A DNA stretch of 63,814 nucleotides, the filler included, from Octopus bimaculoides (Eukaryota), in the NCBI RefSeq assembly GCF_001194135.2. It is 5 parts of 5 records of this genome, joined end to end, with 100 filler letters (N's around TTAATTAATTAA, not from the genome) between each part and the next. Parts side by side here need not be neighbours in the genome. Positions count along the whole stretch, not along the records: positions 1 to 30,207 come from NC_068985.1; 4 more parts are not named here. One strand, written 5' to 3'. Position 1 is the stretch's first letter; the number at the start of each line of letters is the position of its first letter. Of the stretch, positions 14,400 through 26,819 are shown piece after piece. The translations under genes were made by a program, and so were the position numbers. Under the pieces are notes generated by a model. The model saw only the letters and a list, made by a program, of their open reading frames with translations. It made no database searches and was not told the origin of the DNA.

Positions 14400-15494
14400 G
14401 GTAACTTAAACAGGAAGTGCTGCTAAGCCTAAACGAGGTTGTGGTGGCGAACGCGTAAATCAAGCTTGTACAGGAGACAGACAAAAACGCGTGTTCCTTG
14501 ATCCAGCTACAACGGAGAGAAAGAAAGAAACACAAGTCAGGAGAAGAAAGGTGGCCGATGGTCACGTGGGAGCCACGTGAGCAAGTGAGGAAGAGCGATG
14601 GAGGAGAGTGGCAGATAGAGAACTGTGAAGATGGAGGAAAAAATTGGAGATAAGATAAGTGAGAAAAAACAGGAGGGGAGAAGGCAAGAAAGGAAGATAG
14701 AAAAAACGAAAGAGTAATAGGATAGAATAATGGGAGAAGAGTGAGTAAAAGAATAAGAGAGAGAAAGAGAGAAAAACAAAAGAGTGAAAAGATAGTGCGC
14801 ATCAGAATCATTAAGATAAAACTTACTTGGAAGAGAATGCATGGCGTTCAATCATATAATAATATAAATAATATATATATGTATACATATATATATATTA
14901 TTTTGCTTAAAAGAGTTCCAACACTGTCTGTTTTTTATGTTTTATTTATATTCCTGCAGAACTAATGTGGGGTATAGAATATAGAATATACAATATATAA
15001 TATAATATACAATATACAATATAAAATAAAATAAAATAAAAATGGATGGCACCATGAAAGAAAGTATTGAATGTAGATGAAATATTGAGTGTTCAATATA
15101 AAGGATCAAATATATAAATATANNNNNNNNNNNNNNNNNNNNNNNNNNNNNNNNNNNNNNNNNNNNNNNNNNNNNNNNNNNNNNNNNNNNNNNNNNNNNN
15201 NNNNNNNNNNNNNNNNNNNNNNNNNNNNNNNNNNNNNNNNNNNNNNNNNNNNNNNNNNNNNNNNNNNNNNNNNNNNNNNNNNNNNNNNNNNNNNNNNNNN
15301 NNNNNNNNNNNNNNNNNNNNNNNNNNNNNNNNNNNNNNNNNNNNNNNNNNNNNNNNNNNNNNNNNNNNNNNNNNNNNNNNNNNNNNNNNNNNNNNNNNNN
15401 NNNNNNNNNNNNNNNNNNNNNNNNNNNNNNNNNNNNNNNNNNNNNNNNNNNNNNNNNNNNNNNNNNNNNNNNNNNNNNNNNNNNNNNNNNNNNN

Positions 15495-15528
<34 letters not shown>

Positions 15529-16389
15529 TGTGTGTGTGTGTATGTGTGTGTGTGTGTTTAATTTTTGCTATTGTTTATCCCCAGGTTTGTCTCAGTTGAG
15601 CATAGCTGTTGTCAGAGGTACTCCATCCGCGGACAAGTCTTTTCTTTGCATAGTTCGTGAATTACATTGTCTAATGCGTCCTACCTCTTTTTTCTTTTTT
15701 TAAGCCGGTAGAGTATGATATGATAGAGATATAACTACAAGTGTGTGTTTATGTGTGTGTACGTGTGTGTGTGTGTAAATGAGAAATAGCGAGATAGGAG
15801 AGAGACGAACAGAGAGGGAGTTCGATAAAGAGTGGGAATGAAAGAGACAGAGAGAGGGAGAGAGAGAGTTACAGCAGGCTTCGTCAAAAGGTGCTGTTTA
15901 CTGATATGGTGTTTACTGATGCACAAATAACTGATTATAATGTTCTTAACAGAAATAACTCTAAAGTCTGTCAACACTAACTTTGTGCAATTATTGGTTA
16001 TCTCTTTCACTGCTGCTTTATAAACATCATTTTGACACTGGACAGATTACGATAAAGTACTGAGATGAATCATAATTGAACTCCCGAATATCGAATGGTT
16101 AAAAGTATAACCGACAGAAAAAATATTATAATGATCATCATCGATAGATATATAACATTAGCAGGAATACTGAAAGATATCTTTAATGAAGCTGATAGTA
16201 GTCATCAATCAACTTACATTGTGTTGCTTGGAGAGAATTTCTCTGTTTGTCAAGAACTGTATAATAACTATTTTTGTGTTAGTGAATTTCCAAATCAAAA
16301 CACCTCAATAGCACCTTACGTTGACCTGATTTACCTCTGTTGTGAAACGTCTCGTAGCTATTTCTGTTCCAGACTCTCTTCAACAAAAA

Positions 16390-17460
16390 TAGCTTCAATA
16401 TTAATAATCTAAATATTTATCTCTATCAAAAAATATGCACAGGCTATTTGCGCAGCGATCACGCCACCATAAAAATAAACTATTTCACCCGTGATTTTGA
16501 TATCATATCTATTTTCAGTGCCGAGACTAAAGTGATATTTTCTGCATCGATTTAAATCTTCATTATATAAAAACGCAAAATGAGATTTACAGATATTTAT
16601 TTTCATGATGGTGAAATTTTTTAATGAAAAAGCTTATAAACAGTCAAAGAATATCTGTGAAGAGAAATGGTAATGTAGAGCATGGCTTCATTGACATCCA
16701 TGGAAAAGAAACAATATTTGATCGTCGTATTCCTGTATAATCATACGGGAGCAATAAAAAGCCTAAGTACAGCCGCCATGGTATCGTAGCATACGCCATA
16801 GACATCTTACATTTGTAACAAATGCAAGTATCCAAAACCACACGCAATAAAGTCTCTGATGTATCTAAGAGCGCACACAAAAGAGGACCAATGAATTGAT
16901 CGAGATAAAGTCGCTGGTCAACGCATCGCAATTTCTTCTTTCCTAGAGACGTGCTGTTGTTTTTCATTCTGTTTTTTAGAAAGCTTCTACAGTGGTCTCT
17001 GCTCATTGGTTCTGGATATACTGGATGGTCTTACATTATCTCCGACAACCTTCTCATTCCTTCTCAGTTCACCTGTTTTCAGCTCCATTGAACTTTTCTG
17101 ACCTCGCACTATCCACTACATCCAATGCTTCAACCACATATCGTCATTCATCTTTAATTCCCTCGCGGTCCAATTTTCTTTTCTTTCTGCAGCCGACGAT
17201 TTGCGCTTGTTGAAAAACGACTCCGAACAGTTCAGCTTTACGAAATTTCAACCACCTGAAATGACATCGGGCAGAGACCGGTCCAAAAAAATAGGTAGAG
17301 AGATAAATATTTCTAAGAAATCAAATCTCTTAAGGAATGTATTCTGCTTTCATAGGCTGATTGCAAAACTACTGCGTCTATTTCTGAATATTTGTACAAG
17401 GGTATGTAAGTCTGAATGTGTGTACGAACGTATGAATGCTTATAAGTAAGGTTGGTAGGG
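16390..17460. repeat. Tandem segmental duplication, core copy A (longest)
   Basis: Aligns by eye to 20560-20950, 23245-24000, 26820-27655 and 29440-30207 through anchors CAGTCAAAGAATATCTGTGAAG, GATCGTCGTATTCCTGTATAA, AAGTCGCTGGTCAAC, GGATATATTGGATGG and GGTAGAGAGATAAATATTTCTAAGAAAT. Copies differ by roughly 20-25% (estimated by eye). Confidence 0.95.
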
Positions 17461-17673
17461 GAGGTAGGTAAGTACGTACATATTTACGTACACATGTATG
17501 TAACTGTGTATATATATATGTGTGTGTGTGTATGTTTGTGTGTGTGTGTGTGTGTTGACATAAATATGCTTATGTAGAATATATCAAAGTTCAAAACTGT
17601 TTTGTATAATGGATACAGATACGGTTAAAGACAGGGATAGACATCATAGAGAGTGAGGCATAAAGAGATAGCT

Positions 17674-17726
<53 letters not shown>

Positions 17727-18011
17727 GAGAGAGAGAGAGAGAAAGAGTAAGAAACAAAGGGAAAGAACGTAGATAGATATATAGATAGATAGATAGATAG
17801 ATANNNNNNNNNNNNNNNNNNNNNNNNNNNNNNNNNNNNNNNNNNNNNNNNNNNNNNNNNNNNNNNNNNNNNNNNNNNNNNNNNNNNNNNNNNNNNNNNN
17901 NNNNNNNNNNNNNNNNNNNNNNNNNNNNNNNNNNNNNNNNNNNNNNNNNNNNNNNNNNNNNNNNNNNNNNNNNNNNNNNNNNNNNNNNNNNNNNNNNACG
18001 TAGATAGATAT

Positions 18012-18046
<35 letters not shown>

Positions 18047-18356
18047 CATACATACATACATACATACATACATACATACATACATACCTAGACAGACAGA
18101 CAGACAGACAGACAGACACAGAGACAGGCAAACGCACAGATAGACCGACCCACAGACACAGAGGTCTAGAGACAGACAGACAGAAGAATCGATGAATATA
18201 TAAAGATACAGAACACAGACAAACAGAGAGGCAAGTATGCAGGTAGGAAGTGAGATACGCAGAAAGGTGAGAATTTGGACAGATGCACAGACAGACACTC
18301 AAACAGACAGGCAGACAGACAGAGAAATAGACAGGCAGACAGGCAGAGGGACAAAC

Positions 18357-18411
<55 letters not shown>

Positions 18412-18805
18412 TAGATAGATATGTAGATAGATAGAACGCTAAAGCATTGAGAACGAGCCTTAGATGAATACTAACAGGCATAGATGAATAGACAAACGGA
18501 GGACCACACACACTTATGAGAATCTATATTTCCTACAAAAAGCCTAGGCCTACTCTTATGCATGTGCGTGTCTGCGTGCGTAAATGTATGTTTACACGCA
18601 TGTATTTATCTACGCATGTATTTATCTACGCATGTATATCGATTCTCACTCTTTTTTCCCTCTATAAAGATGCCTCTAAACGTTAGATATGTACACGTGC
18701 ATACATACATATATACGAATACATTCATATACCTATACGTATACATATGTATATGTATATTTATGTGTATATATATATATATATATATCATATATATACA
18801 TATAT

Positions 18806-18843
<38 letters not shown>

Positions 18844-19560
18844 NNNNNNNNNNNNNNNNNNNNNNNNNNNNNNNNNNNNNNNNNNNNNNNNNNNNNNNNN
18901 NNNNNNNNNNNNNNNNNNNNNNNNNNNNNNNNNNNNNNNNNNNNNNNNNNNNNNNNNNNNNNNNNNNNNNNNNNNNNNNNNNNNNNNNNNNNNNNNNNNN
19001 NNNNNNNNNNNNNNNNNNNNNNNNNNNNNNNNNNNNNNNNNNNNNNNNNNNNNNNNNNNNNNNNNNNNNNNNNNNNNNNNNNNNNNNNNNNNNNNTATAT
19101 ACATATATATACATACATATACATACATATATATACATATATATATACATACATATACATACATTTCTGTAGATATTTTTACACACACACACATAAAATA
19201 TATATATATATATATAATATACATACATGCAGACATACATGCATGCATACATACATGCATGCATGTATGCATACATATATGCATACAAACATATATGAAT
19301 ACATACATGCATGCATACAACCATACATACACGCACGCATACTCGTTGGCACACCTGAATGGACGGAATGCACCTGTAATTGATTCATTGTATTTCTTGA
19401 GGCATTGCTAGTTGTATAAATTATACACACACACCGAGCCAAGTTGCCTTGAAAGAGCGGAGCCAGAAAAGGTATTACCTTTTGACAGCTAAATGGAAAC
19501 ACACCTGAGTCACCAGGTATATTGTCATTCAAGGAAGGGCAGCCTTTATAATCTTATATG

Positions 19561-19990
19561 CAGCGTAATTCAAAAGTCGCCATGCATAGGAAGAATTTAT
19601 CTTTTTATAAGAAACGGTTTATAAGAACAGCTTTTTTTTAATTTAACAGGCTCTATATGGTTACCATTCTTTTGAATGTACATTGCAATAGGTTTACCCC
19701 ACTCATTTTGAACTCGTAATAGCACATGGGGTGATACGTGTGCAACTCGTAATAGCACATGTAAATGCAACTCGTTATAGGACATGTGGTGATACGTGCG
19801 CAAATGAGTTGGTGATGTTTTCCTTCAAATGATTTATGCTTTTGATCTTTCTGCGATACGCTATGACTTCCAAATGCCCCCAAAGACAGAAATCAATGCG
19901 GTTCAGATCAGAGGATGTAGAGGAACTTATAAACTGTTTGCCTATAAAAAAAATAATTTTTTCCTATGTATAGAGACTTTTGAATGACTG
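19561..19990. mobile_element. Tc1/mariner-type MITE (~430 bp)
   Basis: Imperfect TIRs CAGCGTAATTCAAAAGTCGCCATGCATAGG and (reverse complement) CAGTCATTCAAAAGTCTCTATACATAGG. The paralogous site at ~22420-22435 is empty (...AAGTTACATAGATGCTCT). Internal 25-33-bp repeats CAACTCGTAATAGCACATG at 19711-19800. Confidence 0.72.
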
Positions 19991-20369
19991 TGTAGATGCT
20001 CTGAACGTCCTCCAAATCACCTTTTCTTTGTTCTATTAGCCCGGCTCTTCGTGCTTGCATTAACAGCTTGTTGGTGGTGGTGTTGATGTTCTTGTTGTTA
20101 TTGTTGGTGGTGGTGGTGGTGGTGGAGGAGGAGGAGGAGAATAGTTATTACTTTTGAATAAACTCATCTTTCAACTGTTATTCGTATTCTCTTATTCAAT
20201 CTTTCTTTCTCTGTCTCTCCATATATATATATATATATCTTTAAAATAAGTGCATTTTCAAACCTTCTTTCATATATATATATATATATATATAAATATG
20301 CATATATATATATATATGCAAATATATATATAATTACATATGTATACATACATATACAGTTGACATTGC

Positions 20370-20525
20370 AGAAAAACAAAAGACGAAGATAGGTGTATAA
20401 ACAACAAGCAGGAGCATTAGTTTGACGCCCGAGAAGGGGAGGAAGTTTTTTACGTTTCGAGTCTACGCTCTTCTGTAGAAAGGAACACAAAGAAATAAAC
20501 AGAGAGAGAATGAAAAAAACTTAGC
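20370..20525 (-). mobile_element. Penelope-type terminal-repeat fragment with hammerhead-like motif
   Basis: The reverse complement TGTGTTCCTTTCTACAGAAGAGCGTAGACTCGAAACGTAAAAAC...AAACTAATGC...TCTTCGTCTTTTGTTTTT aligns to 31640-31800. Confidence 0.65.
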
Positions 20526-20559
20526 AAGCCGTCAGTCCACCCTGACCAAAATTGCACCC

Positions 20560-20950
20560 TAACCAGCAATTTATTTGTGTGCTGGTAAAATGATTTAATA
20601 AAAAAAATAATAAACAGTCAAAGAATGTCTGTGAAGAAAAATGGTGATGTAGAGCATGGCTTCATTGACATGCATGGAAATTAAACAGTACTTGATCGTC
20701 GTGTTCATGTATGATCATGCAGGAGCAATAAATAGCTTAACAACAGCTGCCATAACATAGTAGCAAACATGATAGACGTCTTATTGTTGGTAACAAACAC
20801 AAATATCCAAGACTACACGCAAAAAAAGGACCAAACAATTGATCGAGATAAAGTCGCTGGTCAACGCTCCACAATTTCTTCTTTCTGAATATATGCACAA
20901 GCGTATATAAGTATGTGTGTACGTACGTACGTATGAATGCTTGTAAGTAT
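20560..20950. repeat. Tandem duplication core copy C (with ~440-bp internal deletion)
   Basis: Matches copy A 16600-16942, then jumps at TTTC (~20882-20885) to the sequence matching A 17385 onward. Confidence 0.92.
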
Positions 20951-21284
20951 ATAGGTAGGAAGATAGGTAAGTATGCATGTAGGAAGGTAGGTAGGTAGGT
21001 AGGTAGGTAGGTAGGTATATACGTACGTACGTTTTTACGTACATACGTATGTAACTGTGTATATACATGTTGGCATAAATGTTTTTTTAGTTCCGTGAAT
21101 ATAGCAAAGTTCAACAATATGTTTTATCATGCATACACATAAGGATCAAGTTAGTGACGGACACCTGAAGGAGTGATACTTAAGGAGATATCGTGATAGA
21201 GAGACAGACAGACAGACAGACAGGCAGGCAGTCAGGCAGGCAGGACGAGATATGGAAGGAGTGAGAGCGAAAAACGCGAGAGAC

Positions 21285-21337
<53 letters not shown>

Positions 21338-22759
21338 CATAGAGACAGAAAAAACAGACCCACAAGTAAATAGACAGACCCACAAGAAGACAGGAAGACA
21401 GACGGACAGACGGACAGGTAGATTCAAGAATATATAAATAAATGCGCCCTTTTAAAGCCTAGCCAGGCTCATGGGCCCGGTTTCCCGGTNNNNNNNNNNN
21501 NNNNNNNNNNNNNNNNNNNNNNNNNNNNNNNNNNNNNNNNNNNNNNNNNNNNNNNNNNNNNNNNNNNNNNNNNNNNNNNNNNNNNNNNNNNNNNNNNNNN
21601 NNNNNNNNNNNNNNNNNNNNNNNNNNNNNNNNNNNNNNNNNNNNNNNNNNNNNNNNNNNNNNNNNNNNNNNNNNNNNNNNNNNNNNNNNNNNNNNNNNNN
21701 NNNNNNNNNNNNNNNNNNNNNNNNNNNNNNNNNNNNNNNNNNNNNNNNNNNNNNNNNNNNNNNNNNNNNNNNNNNNNNNNNNNNNNNNNNNNNNNNNNNN
21801 NNNNCAAAATGACTTTCTAAAATGAAATTCCATTATGCAACTGAGGAGTACATGTTCATTGCACATTTTATGTAGTGTTCTCACTACATGAATAAATGAA
21901 GTTTGTACGAAACGTACGTACTGCTATAACCTATTGAATTTATGTTGCTTTTCTTCAAATTTTATTCACCAAATCTCTTGATTTTGTTTTTGGGTTTTAC
22001 CCTATCAAATTCTGGTGCCTCAAACATTTTAAGTACCACATTTAATCTTTTGATTAAATCTATATTATTATATATATATATATATATGCGTAGAAACATA
22101 CATACATGTATACACACATTTCTGTACATATTTTTACGTATATACATATATATAATGTACATACATACATACATGCATATATACCTGCATGCATGCACGT
22201 TAGTACACCAAGTGAAATAAACAGATCGAACTGAATCAAATTTACCTTTAATTGATTCACTGCATTTCTTCAGGTATTGCCAGGTGTATAGATTATGTAG
22301 ACACACAGAGGCAAGTTGCCTTAAAATGGCGGAGAGAGAGAATGGACATCGTTTTGACTGCTAACTGAAGACACACCTGAGTCACCAGGTACATTATCAT
22401 TCAAGCAATGGCAGCCTTCATTAAGTTACATAGATGCTCTCGCCATTTTCCGAATCATTTTTCCTTAGCTCTATAAATCCAAGAATTCGTATTTGCATCA
22501 ACAGCTTGTTAGTGATGCTGATGGTGATGTTGGTGGTGGTGGTGATGGTGATGGTGATGTTGGTGGTGGTGGTGATGGTGATGGTGATGTTGGTGGTGGT
22601 GGTGGTGATCGTAGTGAAGGCGAGGCAAAGATTAATTTCTGTTCAATACACGCATCTTTCAATATTTTTTCTTCTTTTTCTCTTATATAATCTCTCTCTC
22701 TCATCCTCATTCTCTCTCACTACTCCTCCCTCTCCCTTTCTCTTCCTCTCTTACACTTC

Positions 22760-22793
<34 letters not shown>

Positions 22794-22806
22794 ATCTCTC
22801 TCGTTC

Positions 22807-22844
<38 letters not shown>

Positions 22845-22939
22845 AGCTATATATTTATCTAAATAAATATAAATATATAACGCGTTGTCCCGCTTGGCCG
22901 CAGTCTTGTGACCGAAATATATGCTATATATATGTGAAA

Positions 22940-22971
<32 letters not shown>

Positions 22972-23244
22972 AAGCACCTGTGTATGCCAGCTAGTGGTCG
23001 CGGTGAAAAAATAAATTGTAAATCCCAAAAATAACAACAAAACTACAAAGGATTCCGCGGTACACGTGTTTCAAGCTTATATATATATATATATATCACG
23101 CGATCACGTGATCGACCGGACTTCCGATGTTGTTTTACATTACTGGTCACAATGCGTTTTACATCATGTTAGTTTCTAAACGGTGTTTTTCCGCTGGTTA
23201 AGCGAGCAGACCAACACTCCCCGCTCAACATCACTCCACCCTGA

Positions 23245-24000
23245 TCAGCAAATTTATTTTTATGTCGGTAAAATCTTTTAACGAAAAAGAAAAAAGAGAA
23301 ACAGTCAAACAATATGCTTGAAAAAAATTGGTGATTTTGAGCATGGCTTCATTGACATGCATGGAAATGAAACAACATTTCATCGTCGTATTCCTGTATA
23401 ATCTCATGCAGGAGCAATAAAAAGCCTAAATACAACCGCTGCAGCATCATAGCATACATCATAGACTGCATATTTATTTTAACAAATAAAAATATCCAAG
23501 ACCAAACACAAAAGAAAGGACCAAACAATCGCTGGTCAACAGTTCATAATTTCTTCCCTCCTGAGACGTGCTATAGTCTTCTCATTCTGTTCTTTTTGAC
23601 ACTTCCACAATGGCCTCTTCTCATCGCTTATGGATATATTGGATGGTTGAACATCGTCTCCGACTCCCTTCTCTTTCCTTCACTCGTCACTAATTTTGTC
23701 CTCCACTAAAGTTTTCAGATCTCACACTGTGCATTACATCCAATGATTCCACCCTTTATCGTTATATTCACCTCTAAATCCCAAGCGGCCCGTTTTTTTT
23801 TTTTTATTATTTCTGCAGCTGACGATTTCCCCTTCTTGAAAAACGACACCGAAGTGGTAAACTTCCCGACTACCCAACCGCCTGTACAGACAACGGCCAG
23901 AGTCCATTCCAACACTAAAGGTAGAGAGATACATATTTCTAAGAAATAAAATCCCTTAAGGAATGTATCCTGCTTATATAAGCTGACTGCAAAACTACTG
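23245..24000. repeat. Tandem duplication core copy D
   Basis: Same anchors as copy A. Preceded by the shared repeat fragment ...GGTTAAGCGAGCAGACCAACA (23095-23215), also present at 26685-26800 and 29115-29240. Confidence 0.95.
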
Positions 24001-24289
24001 GTGGTGGTGGTGGAGGTGGTGGTGGTGGTGGTATTGGTGGTGGTGGTGGTGCTGAATATGAGGAAATGAGTAGTTTCTTTTCAGTACATTCAATTTTCAA
24101 TTTTTATATTCGGCTTCACTTATATTACCGCTCTCCCTATCACTCTGTTCCCTCTCTCCCTCTCTCTTTCTCTCTCTCTCACTTCCTCTATCTCTCTCTC
24201 TATAGCTATATTAGCGTCAACATAAACATAGGTATATGACGCGTTGCCCCACTTGGGCGCCGTCTGGTGACTGAACCGTATGGTATAAT

Positions 24290-24511
24290 CTTTTATTCTG
24301 CTATTCTTTTGCTTGTTTCAGTCATTTGACTGCGGCCATGCTGGGGTCTCTGCCTTTTGTCGCACAAATCAACCCCAGCTCTTATTTTTCTAAGCCTAGT
24401 ACTTATTCTGTCCGCCGCTTATGCTGAACCGGTAGGGTGCGTGGACGTAAACACACCACAATCGGTTGCCAAGCGATGGTGGGGACACAAACACAGACGT
24501 ACAAGTGCATG

Positions 24512-24565
<54 letters not shown>

Positions 24566-24751
24566 NNNNNNNNNNNNNNNNNNNNNNNNNNNNNNNNNNN
24601 NNNNNNNNNNNNNNNNNNNNNNNNNNNNNNNNNNNNNNNNNNNNNNNNNNNNNNNNNNNNNNNNNNNNNNNNNNNNNNNNNNNNNNNNNNNNNNNNNNNN
24701 NNNNNNNNNNNNNNNNNNNNNNNNNNNNNNNNNNNNNNNNNNNNNNNNNNN

Positions 24752-24789
<38 letters not shown>

Positions 24790-24940
24790 GGGCTTCTTTC
24801 GGTTTCCGTCTTGCAAACAAGCTCACAAATCTTTGCTCGGCCCAAGACTACAGTAGAAGACACATACCCAAGATATCACGCAGTAGGATTGAACCCGGCC
24901 CCATGTGGTCGGTAAGTAAACTTCTTACCACACAGCCATT
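24290..24940 (-). mobile_element. tRNA-derived SINE, family B, split by (CA)n, a gap and (TA)n
   Basis: Antisense head ...GGATTGAACCCGGCCCCATGTGGTCGGTAAGTAAACTTCTTACCACACAGCCA and tail TTTCAGTCATTTGACTGCGGCCATGCTGG; homologous to 43325-43700. Confidence 0.88.
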
Positions 24941-25282
24941 ATGTATATTATATTATATTTATATTCATTTATATACATACACACTTGCAAGTATGTATCA
25001 CTATATACATACATGCATACAGGCAAACACATACACACACACACGTATATAAATACATGTTGTAATGGTCGATTTCAGTTCTTTCTTTCTACTTTCCCTT
25101 CTTTCTGTCGAAGAGCCATGCTCAAAATATCAAACTTTCTCCTTTACCGAGCGCCAAGCTTACATATTTCTTATGCATGTCCTCCTGTTGTACGTTTTTA
25201 TTCGTTTATTTCAACTGTTCGTTTATTTAAATTGACTCTGTGTGTGTGAGTATGTGTGTGTGCGTGTGCGTGAATGTATTTA

Positions 25283-26171
25283 CGTGGTCTGATGAATAAG
25301 TATCCGGACTGTTGCCATAGTAACGAAGCTAAAGCACTCAGGGTAGAGCCGCTTGGCACAGATTGACCTTGAACTTTGTTGTGCAAACGCACTAGGTTTT
25401 ACCGCCCTAGCTCACTTCCGCTGCTTACAGCAGTGCTTGGAATGGCGATGTGTAACGTGAGGTCGCCGCATTGTCTATGACAGAGAAAGTGAGACCAGAA
25501 TCCGCATCAAATTTTGCGAAAATCTTGGCGGTACCTGCTCAGAGGCCTACGCAACCTTTTCAAAACGTTTTCATCGTTCTCGATACAATCAAGAAGATCT
25601 TGTGCAATTGAAACCCGAGTCTCTTTTTTGTCAGAAGAAAGCAGTTTTGGCACGATCGTAGTAGACACGCGTCGCATACCCAAACCTTCAGTGTTAATGG
25701 ACTGAACTGAACTGTAAGTATTCTGCACATCCTCTGATTACTCACGGATGATAATTCGACGATTTCCCTTCAGAACTGCACCCATTCTGAGATATGTTTC
25801 TCTGTCCCGCTGGTTGCAGGTCTCCAAGAACTTTCGTCAAAATTGAAATTTTTTTAGCCATCTTGGAAACGTCTGAACCACTAATACACTTGTGTGCGGC
25901 TCATACACTGCTCTCCATACACTTTCTGCAAAAATGCGTACACCTTTGAGCAGGTATCACCATGACAACTCTATCATTGACAATGCGTCGTTCGCACGCC
26001 ACACACCTACATTCCAAGCAATGCGGTAAACAATGACAGTGAGCTACGACGGTAAAACACAGTGAGCATAAATAGCAGAGTGGAGGGTCAAGCTATGCCA
26101 GGCAGCTTCACTCTGCGTTCTTTAGCTTCGTTACTATGGCAACAGTCAGGACACCCGTTGATCAGACCGTG
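25283..26171. mobile_element. Composite mariner relic: two 5' halves in inverted orientation
   Basis: TA-flanked ends share GGTCTGAT..GACTGTTGCCATAGTAACGAAGCTAAAG. The plus half encodes MTEKV..RIRIKFCENLGGTCSEAYA. The minus half encodes ..GLGMRRVSTTIVPKLLSSDKKETRVSIAQDLLDCIENDENVLK, the mariner segment just before the DDD domain. Confidence 0.85.
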
Positions 26172-26195
26172 TATATATACATATATATATATAAA

Positions 26196-26221
<26 letters not shown>

Positions 26222-26229
<8 letters not shown>

Positions 26230-26400
26230 CTTTACTACCCACAAGGGGCTACACACAGAGGGGACAAACAAGGACAGACAAACGGATTAAGTCGATTATA
26301 CCGACCCCAGTGCGTAACTGGTACTTATTTGATCGAACCCTAAAGGATGAAAGGCAAAGTCGACCTCGGCGGAATTTGAACTCAGAACGTAGCGGCAGAC
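26222..26400 (-). mobile_element. tRNA-derived SINE, family A (young, cut by gap)
   Basis: TTAAGTCGATTATACCGACCCCAGTGCGTAACTGGTACTTAT...AAAGGCAAAGTCGACCTCGGCGGAATTTGAACTCAGAACG. Confidence 0.92.
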
Positions 26401-26617
26401 NNNNNNNNNNNNNNNNNNNNNNNNNNNNNNNNNNNNNNNNNNNNNNNNNNNNNNNNNNNNNNNNNNNNNNNNNNNNNNNNNNNNNNNNNNNNNNNNNNNN
26501 NNNNNNNNNNNNNNNNNNNNNNNNNNNNNNNNNNNNNNNNNNNNNNNNNNNNNNNNNNNNNNNNNNNNNNNNNNNNNNNNNNNNNNNNNNNNNNNNNNNN
26601 NNNNNNNNNNNNNNNNN

Positions 26618-26663
<46 letters not shown>

Positions 26664-26819
26664 CAGGTGATGCTGCAGCACGGTCGCGATCAAATGACTG
26701 AAACACTCCGATTTTGTTATACATTGCTGATCGCAATGCGCATTGCGTCATGTTTATTTCCTAAAGTTTGCTACTCCTCTGGGTAAGCGAGCAGACCAAC
26801 ATTCAACTCTCATGCCACC

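Noticed and set aside
19711-19800. CRISPR-like short direct repeats
   Set aside because: Three irregular repeats inside a MITE in animal DNA, with no constant-length unique spacers or cas genes.
24357-24560. ORF resembling a secreted or neuropeptide precursor (MSHKSTPALIFLSLVLILSAAYAEPVGC...KRWWG)
   Set aside because: It lies wholly on the antisense strand of a family-B SINE tail, starts at TTG and runs into (CA)n.
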